From contig JABMSE010000112.1 of NCBI GenBank assembly GCA_013204645.1, positions 4 to 64,003 of the forward strand: DNA of 64,000 bases, given 5' to 3'. This DNA is from Candidatus Saganbacteria bacterium. GTDB taxonomy: Bacteria > Margulisbacteria > WOR-1 > O2-12-FULL-45-9. The notes under the pieces are model-generated. The model saw nothing but the letters and a program-made list of their open reading frames with translations. It ran no database searches and was not told where the DNA came from. Both the position numbers and the translations under genes were made by a program. Positions 21,004 to 33,273 of the stretch are shown in pieces (within the stretch, counting starts at the first letter, position 1; every line of letters begins with the position of its first letter).

Positions 21004-21761
21004 AATACCTCCATATAATTATCTCGGACTGCCCGAGTATTTTTGTGAATTCGTTTGGCTTGTTTTTCTGCTGTATTCCTTTCTTTTAAGGTTTGGTAAA
21101 TTGCTGCATCAAAATGAACCAGTAATAGGCGATCGGCTTTAGCTTTTTTGGCGATTTTAGCTGCTGTAGTTGGATCAAGATGTGGCCATCCTTCTTCTTG
21201 TATCCCTACTTTCATGGCACACTCGGCAATTAATAGATTTGCATTCTTAGCTAATTTAGCTGCGTTTGGACACGGACCTGTATCTGGAACATAAGCAAGA
21301 ATCTTGTTGCCAAACCGCAAACGAAAACCCAGACAAGGTACAGGATGCCTGAGCACGAGAGCGTTTTCCATGAAAGGAAGGTGTTTGTTTCTACCAGCTA
21401 TTTCAATAATGCGCGTTTTAAATGGTAGCTTGTTTAAGGCCAAGGTGAAATCTTTATTTACAATCGTTTTTAATATCTTTTTGCTACCTTTACGAATACA
21501 AATATTGAGTCCTTGAGGAAATCTAAACTTTGCCAAAATGTGCAAACCAATTATATGATCAAGATGAAAATGGCTTAAAAACAGATAAATTGGCTTATTG
21601 CTTTTGATATATTGATCAAGCTTATAAATTCCGTTGCCAGCATCGAGCACCACGTATTCATTGGCCGTTTCAATTAGAATGCAGATAGTGTTGCCGGTAG
21701 CTGTGTCATACCAACCATTGGTTCCCAGGAAAATGATTTTTATTTTATCTTGTTTTTTCAT
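21000..21761 (-). CDS. MBL-fold metallo-hydrolase
   Basis: HxHxDH motif (LSHFHLDHIIGLH) and a downstream His/Asp ligand pattern. Confidence 0.6.
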   Translation of the reverse strand: MKKQDKIKIIFLGTNGWYDTATGNTICILIETANEYVVLDAGNGIYKLDQYIKSNKPIYLFLSHFHLDHIIGLHILAKFRFPQGLNICIRKGSKKILKTIVNKDFTLALNKLPFKTRIIEIAGRNKHLPFMENALVLRHPVPCLGFRLRFGNKILAYVPDTGPCPNAAKLAKNANLLIAECAMKVGIQEEGWPHLDPTTAAKIAKKAKADRLLLVHFDAAIYQTLKERNTAEKQAKRIHKNTRAVRDNYMEVL

Positions 21762-22824
21762 AGTTTTTTATTTGGGCAAAACAGGTGTTTCTCAAATTTT
21801 TCTTCTCCTTATAAGCTTTTGTCCATTCAACAATTTCATCTAAGGTTTGGTTAATATTCCATTTTGGTTCCCATCCCAGAACTTTTCTGGCCTTTGACGA
21901 GTCCAAACTTAGATACGTGGTCTCATGAGGATGATTCCCCTTAGCGATTTCAAAGGAGGCTGTGTTTCCCCACTTTTTACAGAGTTTATTAACAACCCAT
22001 TCCACTGTCCTTGCATCCTGATTATTCGGACCAAAATTCCAAGCACCAGCATATTGTAAACCATGCTTGTAAAGCCTTTCGGCCAGCATTAAGTAGCCAG
22101 AAAGTGGCTCTAAAACATGCTGCCAGGGCCTAACTGCTTTGGGGTTTCGCACCCGAATTTTTCGTCCCTTCAAAATAGCCCTAACAAAGTCTGGTACTAA
22201 TCGGTCATTGGCCCAATCACCACCGCCAATTACATTTCCGGCCCGGGCCGAAGCTACATTCATGCCATATGAACAACGATAAGCAGTGGTTACTATTTCA
22301 GAGCAAGCTTTGCTGCTCGAATATGGATCATATCCCCCCAAAGGCTCATCTTCACGATAACCTCTCCTCTGCTCCCTATTTTCATAAACCTTATCGGTTG
22401 TAACGTTAAGTATGGCCTTGACCCTTCCTTGCTGTCTTGCTATCTCTAACAGATTAACTGTTCCCATTACATTGGTAGAATAGGTTTCGACTGGAATTTT
22501 ATAGGAATCACGCACAATTGGCTGTGCTGCCATATGGATAATGATTTCGGGCCGAGCTTTTATAATTGCTTGACTTAACGCTTTTTTATCCCTTATATCA
22601 GCTATAGTGGAATTTACAAGCTGATCAATCTGACAAAGGTTATATAAATTTGGCTTAGTATGCGGAACGAGAGCGTAGCCCGCAACCTTCGCTCCTAATA
22701 AATAAAGCCACAGGCTAAGCCATGAACCCTTAAAGCCTGTATGGCCGGTTATAAAAACTCTTTTGTTTTTCCAAAACTTATTCATTAAGCCCAAACCTTC
22801 CATGGAGCTTTGCCCGCGTTCCAA
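21745..22824 (-). CDS. ddhB: CDP-glucose 4,6-dehydratase
   Basis: FWKNKRVFITGHTGFKGSWLSLWL is a hallmark of the RfbG/DdhB N-terminus. SDR fold with YxxxK. Confidence 0.75.
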   Translation of the reverse strand: MERGQSSMEGLGLMNKFWKNKRVFITGHTGFKGSWLSLWLYLLGAKVAGYALVPHTKPNLYNLCQIDQLVNSTIADIRDKKALSQAIIKARPEIIIHMAAQPIVRDSYKIPVETYSTNVMGTVNLLEIARQQGRVKAILNVTTDKVYENREQRRGYREDEPLGGYDPYSSSKACSEIVTTAYRCSYGMNVASARAGNVIGGGDWANDRLVPDFVRAILKGRKIRVRNPKAVRPWQHVLEPLSGYLMLAERLYKHGLQYAGAWNFGPNNQDARTVEWVVNKLCKKWGNTASFEIAKGNHPHETTYLSLDSSKARKVLGWEPKWNINQTLDEIVEWTKAYKEKKNLRNTCFAQIKNYEKTR

Positions 22825-23570
22825 AGCTCATTAAGTAGTAAGAAGTCGCGGTAGGTATCCATGCAGTGCCAATAATTGTCCAAAGGATACATAGCCATTT
22901 GCTGCTTTTTGACCAGTGTTTCCAAGGGCTCTCGTTCTAGAGTACAATCTTCATCAACAGAGAGATAATCAAAAAGCTCGCGTTTAAACACAAAAAAACC
23001 ACCGTTTATAAATCCTTCCGATACTGAAGGTTTTTCGTTAAAAGTGGTTACCAGGGTGTCGTGGACTGAAAGTTCGCCAAACCTGGAAGGTGGTCGCACT
23101 CCGGTCATGGTTGCAATTTTGCCATGAGAACGATGAAAGGCTATAAGAGCATTAATATCAATATTAGCTACTCCATCCCCATAGGTGAGCAAAAATTCCT
23201 TGTCATTTCCAATATATGGCTTAACTTGGGCAACTCTGCTTCCGGTCATGGCCTTTTGGCCGGTATTTATAAAAGTAATATTCCAGTCTTCAAGATTAGC
23301 TTTGCTGTGATGAATAATACGTTCAGATTTAGAGCGCAGACTCAAAGTGAAATCATTAGATAATTCTTCAAACTTTAAAAAATAATCTTTTATCATGTCT
23401 CCTTTATATCCCAGACAAAGAATGAAATCTTTGTGTCCAAAATGGGAATAGGTCTTCATGATATGCCATAAAATAGGCATCCCTCCAACCGGCACCAAAG
23501 GTTTGGGACGATATTCGGTTTCTTCCTTTAATCGCGTACCTTGACCACCGCAAAGTATAACTACTTTCAT
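22785..23570 (-). CDS. ddhA: Glucose-1-phosphate cytidylyltransferase
   Basis: MKVVILCGGQGTRLKEETEYRPKPLVPVGGMPILWHIM is a canonical RfbF/DdhA N-terminus. Confidence 0.8.
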   Translation of the reverse strand: MKVVILCGGQGTRLKEETEYRPKPLVPVGGMPILWHIMKTYSHFGHKDFILCLGYKGDMIKDYFLKFEELSNDFTLSLRSKSERIIHHSKANLEDWNITFINTGQKAMTGSRVAQVKPYIGNDKEFLLTYGDGVANIDINALIAFHRSHGKIATMTGVRPPSRFGELSVHDTLVTTFNEKPSVSEGFINGGFFVFKRELFDYLSVDEDCTLEREPLETLVKKQQMAMYPLDNYWHCMDTYRDFLLLNELWNAGKAPWKVWA

Positions 23571-24610
23571 ATAATAACCCTCCCATTTTTCAGTTTGATC
23601 TTTGAAAATATATCGCTGTATCTTTTGTCCCAGGTATGTTCGCGCATGGTTCTTTCGTATCCGGCCCTGGCGATCTTTTCCCTTTCTTCATCATGGGAAA
23701 GGTAATATTTGATCTTGTCGATCATTTCTTCTATCGTATCAAATGTTTCTATTTCCTTACCTAGTTCATAATAGTGTTCAAGATCAGCATCGTGGCTGCT
23801 TAAGAGGAACGCACCGCAGGCGGGGACTTCAAAATGGCGCCCCTTCATCTGCGATCTTATTCCGTGGGAATTTTGCGAGAGGTTTAAATTGATTTTACTT
23901 TTGTTAAATACCGCAAGCATCATATCATGGCTTATCATTCCGGTATCGAATTTTAGGATATCTAAGAAAACTTTCTTCATCAGACGGTTCCATTTTTTCT
24001 TGAGTAAAGTGGTCTTCCAGCCATTCCCAAAGGTTGAAATATTTATTCCTTTTTCAATCACTGCCTTAATGATGTCCCGGCGGACACCATGCGGCTGGCC
24101 AACAAATGAAACATCCAAGCTGCGGGGAATATCCATTTTCTTATAAACGTGTTGGTTAGCAGCAAATTGGGAGAGGATAATATTGTTGTAACCAATTTTT
24201 TTGTATTTCTTAATGGCAGAGTGATCAGTGGTTATACAATAATCAAAATTAAAACAGTAGTCTTTAGAAAAGGAATCAAAGCGCCACTGATCATCGCAAA
24301 ACCAGTGAAGGGTTGTGGTGGCAGTTTTGTATTTAATGTAAAGAAGAGTCTCATTGGATACCAGTCCGTCAAAGTCACCGTAAAGCATTATATCTGGTTT
24401 TTCTTTTTCTACAATATTAATTATCTGCTCGTTGTTCCTGGCTCTTTTATCCAGATTTCCGAAATCACATATATCGAAATGCAAATAATCAATGTCGTCC
24501 ATTCTTGATAATGACAAATGGTTATTGTAGTATCCATAACCTAACCCAAAATCTTTTGAATTATAATCATAAACCAGATCAAGATATAATAATTTTATTT
24601 TTTTTGCCAT
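23567..24610 (-). CDS. CgeB-like glycosyltransferase (Glyco_trans_1_2 family)
   Basis: C-terminal GRHFEVPACGAFLLSSHDADLEHYYELGKEIETFDTIEEMIDKIKYYLSHDEEREKIARAGYERTMREHTW matches the CgeB/YkvP family. Confidence 0.5.
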   Translation of the reverse strand: MAKKIKLLYLDLVYDYNSKDFGLGYGYYNNHLSLSRMDDIDYLHFDICDFGNLDKRARNNEQIINIVEKEKPDIMLYGDFDGLVSNETLLYIKYKTATTTLHWFCDDQWRFDSFSKDYCFNFDYCITTDHSAIKKYKKIGYNNIILSQFAANQHVYKKMDIPRSLDVSFVGQPHGVRRDIIKAVIEKGINISTFGNGWKTTLLKKKWNRLMKKVFLDILKFDTGMISHDMMLAVFNKSKINLNLSQNSHGIRSQMKGRHFEVPACGAFLLSSHDADLEHYYELGKEIETFDTIEEMIDKIKYYLSHDEEREKIARAGYERTMREHTWDKRYSDIFSKIKLKNGRVII

Positions 24611-24625
24611 TTTGGATAGTTAACT

Positions 24626-25801
24626 TTAATCTTTCTTTAAACAATTACCCAGTAATTTCAGCTCTGCTTGACTTAGCTCAGGATAGTTTCCAAAGTAAAA
24701 ACCACAATCATGAATAAAATCTGCTCCTGGCAGATTAAAATGCCTTTTAACGTATTTAGGAAAGAAGGGTTGCCGCTGTAGGTTCCCTGCAATCATGGGA
24801 CGAATTTCCACGCCAGCTTTTGAAAATCGCATGCAATATTTCTCTTTTAGCTCTGGAGTTTTACAAATAACCGGGAAAGCAAAACTAGAAAGCCGGGAAA
24901 GGTGGGCCGAATCTAGTTCGACTAGATTTGGATTATCTCTTGCAATGCTGGCCAAGAATTTATAATTAGCTTCTCGTTTTGCAATATTCTTTTCTATAAA
25001 CTGTAGTTGATAACGGCCTAAAAAACCCGTAATCTCTGTTGGCCGAAAATTAAAGCCTAAATCGTAAAAAGCATATTTCGCTTCAAAATCACTTCTGATT
25101 CCAAATTTCTTTCTCCATTTTGCTTGTTGGGAAGGAGAAAGGTTGCGGTCCCAACCGTTTGCTCGAACAATGCGAAGCATTTCGGAAAGTTCAGGGTCAT
25201 CAGTGCAGACCATTCCTCCCTCAATAGAGGACATATGGTGGGCTACAAAAAAGGAAAAAGTTGCTGCCAGCCCGAAATTACCTGCTTTACCAGATGGCAA
25301 TTCCGTTCCCAGTGACTCGCAGTTGTCTTCCAGTAAAATTATCCCCCGCTGCCTGCAGATTTCTCTTATCTTTTCTAGATCACCGGCAAACCCTAATGCA
25401 TTAGTGATGAACACAGCTTGCAATCTTTCCGATTCCAAAGTTTTTTCTAGGTTACCAGACATGACATTTAATGTACGCAGATCACAATCAATGGGTATTG
25501 GCGAAAGCCCTAATTGGATGATTGGCATAACGTTAGTTGACCAAGTCAGCGCTGAAAAGCCAATTTTATCTCCATCCTTTAGTCGCCCTATGTTCTTTAG
25601 CGACTGCAACAGCGCCAAATTAGCACTGCCTCCACTATTGACCAAAATAGCTTCATCGCGCTCTTGAAACTTAGAGAAGGCTTTCTCAAATTGTGAACAC
25701 TGCGTACCCATGCTGAAACGGGAGGATTGCAATATGAACTCTGCCAACGCTTTTCTTGTTTCCTCCTCATTTAAAAAAGTGGTTTTCATTAAGGGGATCA
25801 T
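24626..25801 (-). CDS. DegT/DnrJ/EryC1/StrS-family PLP-dependent NDP-sugar aminotransferase
   Basis: ILVNSGGSANLALL, plus a conserved Lys-containing region (the SFFVAHHMSSIEGG context) and a C-terminal domain typical of sugar aminotransferases. Confidence 0.7.
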   Translation of the reverse strand: MIPLMKTTFLNEEETRKALAEFILQSSRFSMGTQCSQFEKAFSKFQERDEAILVNSGGSANLALLQSLKNIGRLKDGDKIGFSALTWSTNVMPIIQLGLSPIPIDCDLRTLNVMSGNLEKTLESERLQAVFITNALGFAGDLEKIREICRQRGIILLEDNCESLGTELPSGKAGNFGLAATFSFFVAHHMSSIEGGMVCTDDPELSEMLRIVRANGWDRNLSPSQQAKWRKKFGIRSDFEAKYAFYDLGFNFRPTEITGFLGRYQLQFIEKNIAKREANYKFLASIARDNPNLVELDSAHLSRLSSFAFPVICKTPELKEKYCMRFSKAGVEIRPMIAGNLQRQPFFPKYVKRHFNLPGADFIHDCGFYFGNYPELSQAELKLLGNCLKKD

Positions 25802-26742
25802 CCTTTTTTCGCCTCCTCTTTTTTCTGGCGATAGAGGCTTATCATTTCATCTAATCCTTGACTTAAGGATATCTGGGGAGCAAAGCCCATGCTGCTGATT
25901 TTAGAAATATCCAGACATTTTTTGAGCATTCCATCTGGTTTTGATTTGTCCCATAAAATCTCTCCCCTGAACCCGGTTTTTTGAGCAATGAGTTCTGCCA
26001 GTTCCTTAATAGAAATATCCCTTCCCCACCCCACATTTATAATATCGCTGGAGTTAAGCTTATCCATTAAAAAAAGAAGGGCTCGGGCAAGATCATCAAC
26101 GTGCATAAACTCACGTCGCGCAACCCCTGTCCCCCAAAGTGTAATTTGATTTTTTTGTTCGTCGACGGCATCCACAAAGCGTTTTACCAGGGCCGATAGA
26201 ACGTGACTTTTAGCCAGGTCAAAATGGTCATTGGGGCCATATAAATTGCAGGGCATCGGACAAATGCTTTTTAGGCCGTATTGGAAATTAAGGTATTTGG
26301 CTAATTTTAAGCCGGCTATCTTTGCTAGAGCATAACCCTCATTAGTTGGTTCCAGTAATCCGGTCATCAGATATTCTTCTTTCATAGGTTGGGGACACTC
26401 TTTTGGATAAATACATGAACTTCCCAGAACACATACCTTCTTAACTTTAGACTGTAGAGCTTGGTATAAAACATTATTTTGTATCATGAGATTGTCATAT
26501 AAGAAATCCGCTGGGTAATCTTGGTTGGCTTTTATCCCCCCTACCCGGGCGGCGGCGAGAAGAACATAGGCAGGATTTTCCTTTTTAAAAAAATGCTCTA
26601 CACTTTCTTTTATGCGAAGGTCTATTTCGTCTATATCCACAGCAATAATGTCTTTATAACCCTCCTTAGTCAGTAATCGTAAAATGGCTGAGCCTAACAT
26701 CCCCTTAGCACCCAAGACACAGACTTTTTCCTCTTTCCTCAT
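25798..26742 (-). CDS. GDP-L-fucose synthase-like NAD-dependent epimerase/reductase (fcl paralog)
   Basis: VCVLGAKGMLGSAILRLL Rossmann motif and an overall Fcl/WcaG-like pattern (...NLYGPNDHFD...). Confidence 0.6.
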   Translation of the reverse strand: MRKEEKVCVLGAKGMLGSAILRLLTKEGYKDIIAVDIDEIDLRIKESVEHFFKKENPAYVLLAAARVGGIKANQDYPADFLYDNLMIQNNVLYQALQSKVKKVCVLGSSCIYPKECPQPMKEEYLMTGLLEPTNEGYALAKIAGLKLAKYLNFQYGLKSICPMPCNLYGPNDHFDLAKSHVLSALVKRFVDAVDEQKNQITLWGTGVARREFMHVDDLARALLFLMDKLNSSDIINVGWGRDISIKELAELIAQKTGFRGEILWDKSKPDGMLKKCLDISKISSMGFAPQISLSQGLDEMISLYRQKKEEAKKG

Positions 26743-26761
26743 AGCAACGCTCCCTTGTTCA

Positions 26762-28202
26762 TTAAAGAGACTCCTTTAGCCATTTTCGAGCAAACAGATA
26801 TTGCCCTAGCATAAAATATGCTCCTAAAATAAAAAGAAAAACAAAATTCCAATAATAAGCCCTAAGGCTCATGGCAAAATAAAATACAAAAACTAGAAGC
26901 ATCGGCAAACAAAATAAAGAGGCTTTAAGGGTTCTTTGTAAAGGGAATTTTATGGGTACGATCTTTTTTATTTCTGCGCGCAAAACAACCAGACCAATCA
27001 AGCCGCCTAAAACTAGGGCTGATGCTACCCCTACGTATAGATTCCAGCCGGGCAAGTAATAGATGAGTCCAACCACCACGACTGCTGAAATCAGACCGGG
27101 TAGGATAAGAGATTTGGTTTTATATTCAGCATGTGCGGCCAAAGAATAAACCGACGAAATAATGCGTAAGGCTTCTACCAGCGCACCAAAAAAGATTAAA
27201 TAGCTAAAAGGCCAGTAAAGAGAAGCAACTAAAATTCTGGATAAGAATATGCTGCTGCAGCCAATAAAAACAAGCATCATTAGGAGGGCAGGTAAAAAGG
27301 CCCCCCCCAAAGCATTCCAAGCAGCAACCCGTTTATCAACCTCTGGAGAACTAATATTGTTATAATAAATAGGATGGTAGAACTGGTTAAAGAGGGTTTC
27401 AAAAGCCACGGTTAATTGCATCCCTATGTTGAGATTGATAAAAAATATACCTAAGGTTTCTAGCCCAAATTTATATTGAAGGATAAAACGATAACCTTGA
27501 GTTTGTACCCAATAGAAAAGTACGGCTAAAGATAGGGGCAGCGAAAAGTTTAAGGCACCTCGAAACTTGGCGAAAGAGAAATTTATTTTTGTTTCTTCGG
27601 GTACCTCTGATTGGCGGCTAATCTTAAAGAGAATATATAATGCTGCCACAGCAATAATAAATTGGGCAATAAAACCGCCTAGCATCCAGAACTCTGCTGT
27701 CCTAGCAAAAGCTAGGGTAAGGAGCGCAGAAGATAATATACCTATCCAGCCGGCTAGATTGCTTAGGATTACAAAGGTAAAACGTCGCTTGAAGAGATTA
27801 ATATATCCTATAAAAGAAGAAAAGAGGGCAGCAACAAATATCCCTAAGAAAATAATGGTAGCAAACCAAAGGTTCGTAGCCCCTTCAGCAAGCGGAATAA
27901 ATAATTTTAGCAAAAATAATACAAAAAGTGCAAAAAGTGCAACCAAAAAAACATAAATAATATAATAGATCAGATTTATTTTTAGTAATCCCTTTTTTTC
28001 CCAGCCGATAATCTGTCGGTTAACGTAGTTTCCTATCGGGCTAATCATAAAGAGGCCAAAAAATCCCAAGATGGTCATGAAAATTGCCATGCGTCCGATC
28101 TCAGCGGGTAAGAGTATGGTGGTTAAAACGCGTACGATGACAAATGCTACCAGCATGGAAGCAATTCTTCCCACAACTAAAACAAAGGCGTCGAATTGAT
28201 TT

Positions 28203-28210
<8 letters not shown>
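26762..28210 (-). CDS. Wzx-type O-unit flippase (MOP superfamily polysaccharide biosynthesis protein)
   Basis: 482 aa with ~12-14 hydrophobic helices and an N-terminal PolyS_synth-like pattern. Confidence 0.55.
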
Positions 28211-30198
<1,988 letters not shown>

Positions 30199-30207
30199 TT
30201 ATTGAAA

Positions 30208-31224
30208 TTATCTCTTGCTAAGAGTTTTTAGGTCGAATTCTACCATTTTCCTAATTAGATCCGGAAACTTGGTTTTGGGAGACCATCCCAGATTATTTTT
30301 GGCTTTGCTGGCATCTCCGACTAACACACATACTTCGGTGGGTCGGAGGTAGCGGGAATCGAGCTCAACCAAGATTTCACCGCTTTTTTGATCAATCCCT
30401 TTTTCATTTAAACCTTTGCCTTTCCATGCTAGATTAATGCCTATGATTGAAAAAGCATACTCACAGAGTTCGCGAATGGTGTGCGTTTCCCCTGTAGCAA
30501 TAACATAATCTTCAGGCTTATCTTGCTGAAGCATTAACCACATAGCCTCGACAAACTCCGGGGCATAACCCCAATCTCTTTTTGCATCTAAGTTCCCCAA
30601 TACCAACTTCTCCTGCTGTCCATGCTTGATCTTAGCTACTGCAGTAGTCACTTTGCGGGTTACAAAGGTTTTACCTCTTCTTTCGGATTCGTGGTTAAAG
30701 AGTATTCCGTTACAAGCAAAAAGTTTGTAGGCCTCACGATAATTTGCCGTAATCCAATAAGCATACAGTTTTGCGGCACCATAAGGACTGCGGGGGGCAA
30801 ACGCTGTTTTTTCGTTCTGGGGGGCAGTTTCTGGGATGCCTCCAAAGATTTCACTGGTGGAGGCTTGATAGAATTTAGCTTTTAGCTTAGTTTCGCGAAT
30901 AGCATCTAAAATCCTAAGGGTTCCAATTCCATCAACTTCTGCAGTATACTCCGGAACCTCAAAAGATACTGCCACATGCGATTGCGCGGCTAAATTATAT
31001 ATTTCATCCGGCTCAATTTTTTCTAAAAGTCGGTTAAGGCTAGAAGAGTCAGTTAAATCGCTATAATAGGTTTTTAGTTGATCAAAGACATGGTCTATGC
31101 GCTCGGTTGTAAATACGCTTGACCTTCTTAAAGTTCCATGAACTTCATACCCCTTGGAAAGCAAAAGCTCGGCTAAATATGATCCATCTTGTCCCCCAAT
31201 CCCGGTTATAAAAGCTTTTTTCAT
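30208..31224 (-). CDS. gmd: GDP-mannose 4,6-dehydratase
   Basis: [30 protein letters not shown] and [12 protein letters not shown] are near-identical to canonical Gmd motifs. Preceded by an AAGGAGG Shine-Dalgarno sequence. Confidence 0.85.
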   Translation of the reverse strand: MKKAFITGIGGQDGSYLAELLLSKGYEVHGTLRRSSVFTTERIDHVFDQLKTYYSDLTDSSSLNRLLEKIEPDEIYNLAAQSHVAVSFEVPEYTAEVDGIGTLRILDAIRETKLKAKFYQASTSEIFGGIPETAPQNEKTAFAPRSPYGAAKLYAYWITANYREAYKLFACNGILFNHESERRGKTFVTRKVTTAVAKIKHGQQEKLVLGNLDAKRDWGYAPEFVEAMWLMLQQDKPEDYVIATGETHTIRELCEYAFSIIGINLAWKGKGLNEKGIDQKSGEILVELDSRYLRPTEVCVLVGDASKAKNNLGWSPKTKFPDLIRKMVEFDLKTLSKR

Positions 31225-31289
31225 CGAATCAACTCCTCCTTACTATCCAAAATGGCTGTAAGATTTACAAAAAAACGCAGTGGATAGAT

Positions 31290-32216
31290 TTAATTTTTTA
31301 TTCTTTTCTCAGTTTTATGCCAATAATCCAAAAAGAATGCTACGAAAACACCAGAGAAAAACCCAAGAAACAATCCAATTAGCAAATTCAATTTTACTCT
31401 TGGTTTAACCGGCTTTTGGGGTGCAACAGCCATATCGATTATGGAAAAAGGTGGGATTTCTTTGGATTCCTCGAGTTTCACCGCTTCATACTCTTTCCGG
31501 AGCATTATATAAACCGAGTTTTGGATTTCAAGTTCCCTAGCCAACCTGGCCACCTCAATCCCCTGGACGCTAGATAAAGAGTTCACCTCACCCGGGGAAA
31601 AGGGAATTAACAGTGTAAAATTTTTATATTTTTGCTCAGCATTTTTTAATTCCTTTTCTATGCGGGGAAACTGGCTTTCAATATATTCCTTTTTTTTACG
31701 CGCTTGAGTATAATTTGATTTATTCCAATAGTCAGATAAGGCTTTAATATAGGCATTAGAAACATCCGCAGCTAGTTTTGGATCCGGCGCCCAAACCTTG
31801 ACTTCTACCAGGTTGCCATTGGATTTTGGTTTTTTAAGCATGCCCTGCACCGCGCCAGACAAATCATGCTCGCTAAGGTGGGGCTTATCCCAACCTTTGA
31901 CCCTATCCCTTAATTGCAAATCGTTTAAAACTCGATTAGCAACAGCTTTGCTCTGCAATAATTCAGTAAGATCACCTAAATTGCTGCCTCCAGAAGGTAA
32001 ATTTATTCCAGCTAACCCGGCCAAACTCGCGAAGCCGGATAAAGAGTTGCCTCCACCGGATTTGAAAAGGATGGTTGTCTTTGCCTCATAAAGAGAAGCC
32101 TGCCTAAGGGTGTAAAGAAAAGCCGCAACCGTAAGGCCCAGAGTAATCAAGAGAATAACCAACCAGTATTTTTTGATCACACCAAGATATTCACGTAAAT
32201 TTATTTCATCATCCAT
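31290..32216 (-). CDS. Wzz-type chain-length determinant / polysaccharide co-polymerase
   Basis: N-terminal Wzz motif (LREYLGVIKKYWLVILLITLGLTVAAFLY), a coiled-coil periplasmic region and a C-terminal transmembrane helix. Confidence 0.6.
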   Translation of the reverse strand: MDDEINLREYLGVIKKYWLVILLITLGLTVAAFLYTLRQASLYEAKTTILFKSGGGNSLSGFASLAGLAGINLPSGGSNLGDLTELLQSKAVANRVLNDLQLRDRVKGWDKPHLSEHDLSGAVQGMLKKPKSNGNLVEVKVWAPDPKLAADVSNAYIKALSDYWNKSNYTQARKKKEYIESQFPRIEKELKNAEQKYKNFTLLIPFSPGEVNSLSSVQGIEVARLARELEIQNSVYIMLRKEYEAVKLEESKEIPPFSIIDMAVAPQKPVKPRVKLNLLIGLFLGFFSGVFVAFFLDYWHKTEKRIKN

Positions 32217-32229
32217 AATTTATCCTCCA

Positions 32230-33273
32230 TTATCTAGTTACTAGAGTATTATAAAGCGCAATCCCGGTAAAAATCATAGCTGCGAGGCTTCCAAAATCTG
32301 AAAAATAAAAGAACTTTCCTGGAACATTTATGACATCGCCAGCTAAAATTCCAATATCGTTTTGAGATAGGCCTTTGTAGAGGATTTTAGATGCATCTAT
32401 GTAAGAACTTTTTGGAGATGCCCCTTCTATATAACGCGTGACTGAAACTCTGGCTAAGTTTGCCCTGGTAGAGGGTCCCCCAGCAATATTGATGTAATCA
32501 GAAAGGGTCTGTCCTGGGACGTAGCCATAGGTTCCTGAATTCCCTACTTCTCCGTAAACATACACATAGGATCTAATGGCCGGCACAGAAATAATATCAC
32601 CGTATTCCAGCCTCACATTCTGGCGGGCATCATTTTCCAGAAAAACTTCATATAAGACCAATTTAAAGTTGTGGTACGTACCATCAGCTGATTTTCTCTT
32701 AAGATAAACAAAATCATTAAGGTCAGATCCACCCTTGGCCATTCCAACTTGTTTTAATATATCCGCTATCCTGGTTCCGTCATAAACCTCATATAACCCC
32801 GGATCATCTATCTGTCCGGTGACATAAACGTTGATTCTTTTAGGAATCACTAGCAGCAAAGAAAAATTAAGGCTTTCTTTGTACTTGGCCTTTATTTGTT
32901 TAAGGATCACAGCCTTGGCATCCTTTAAGCTTAAACCCGCAAGCATAATTTCGCCAATGTTTGGGAAATAAATCTCACCTTGAGGATTAATCAGCAATGT
33001 ATAATCAAGGATCAGGGCGTTATTAGCAACAATTAGATGGGCTTCCATTTGATCGCCTGGACCAAGGATATAATTTTCGGAAATCGCGACCTGCGGAACA
33101 GCATTGGCAGAAGTTCCTTGAGGAACCGATATGATAGGTACATTTTTAACAGGTGTGCTAACGGGAGAGAGACTGAGCTGGGAAGCGGCTATGCAAGGCG
33201 CAAAAATCTGTAATAAGAAGCTCAAAAAAACAATCACCGTTGTAATACGAAGCATCATAAACCTCCTAGTCAC
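32230..33273 (-). CDS. Wza-like polysaccharide export protein (Poly_export + SLBB domains)
   Basis: Signal peptide, a Poly_export motif (ILGPGDQMEAHLIV) and repeated SLBB-like segments. Confidence 0.65.
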   Translation of the reverse strand: MTRRFMMLRITTVIVFLSFLLQIFAPCIAASQLSLSPVSTPVKNVPIISVPQGTSANAVPQVAISENYILGPGDQMEAHLIVANNALILDYTLLINPQGEIYFPNIGEIMLAGLSLKDAKAVILKQIKAKYKESLNFSLLLVIPKRINVYVTGQIDDPGLYEVYDGTRIADILKQVGMAKGGSDLNDFVYLKRKSADGTYHNFKLVLYEVFLENDARQNVRLEYGDIISVPAIRSYVYVYGEVGNSGTYGYVPGQTLSDYINIAGGPSTRANLARVSVTRYIEGASPKSSYIDASKILYKGLSQNDIGILAGDVINVPGKFFYFSDFGSLAAMIFTGIALYNTLVTR

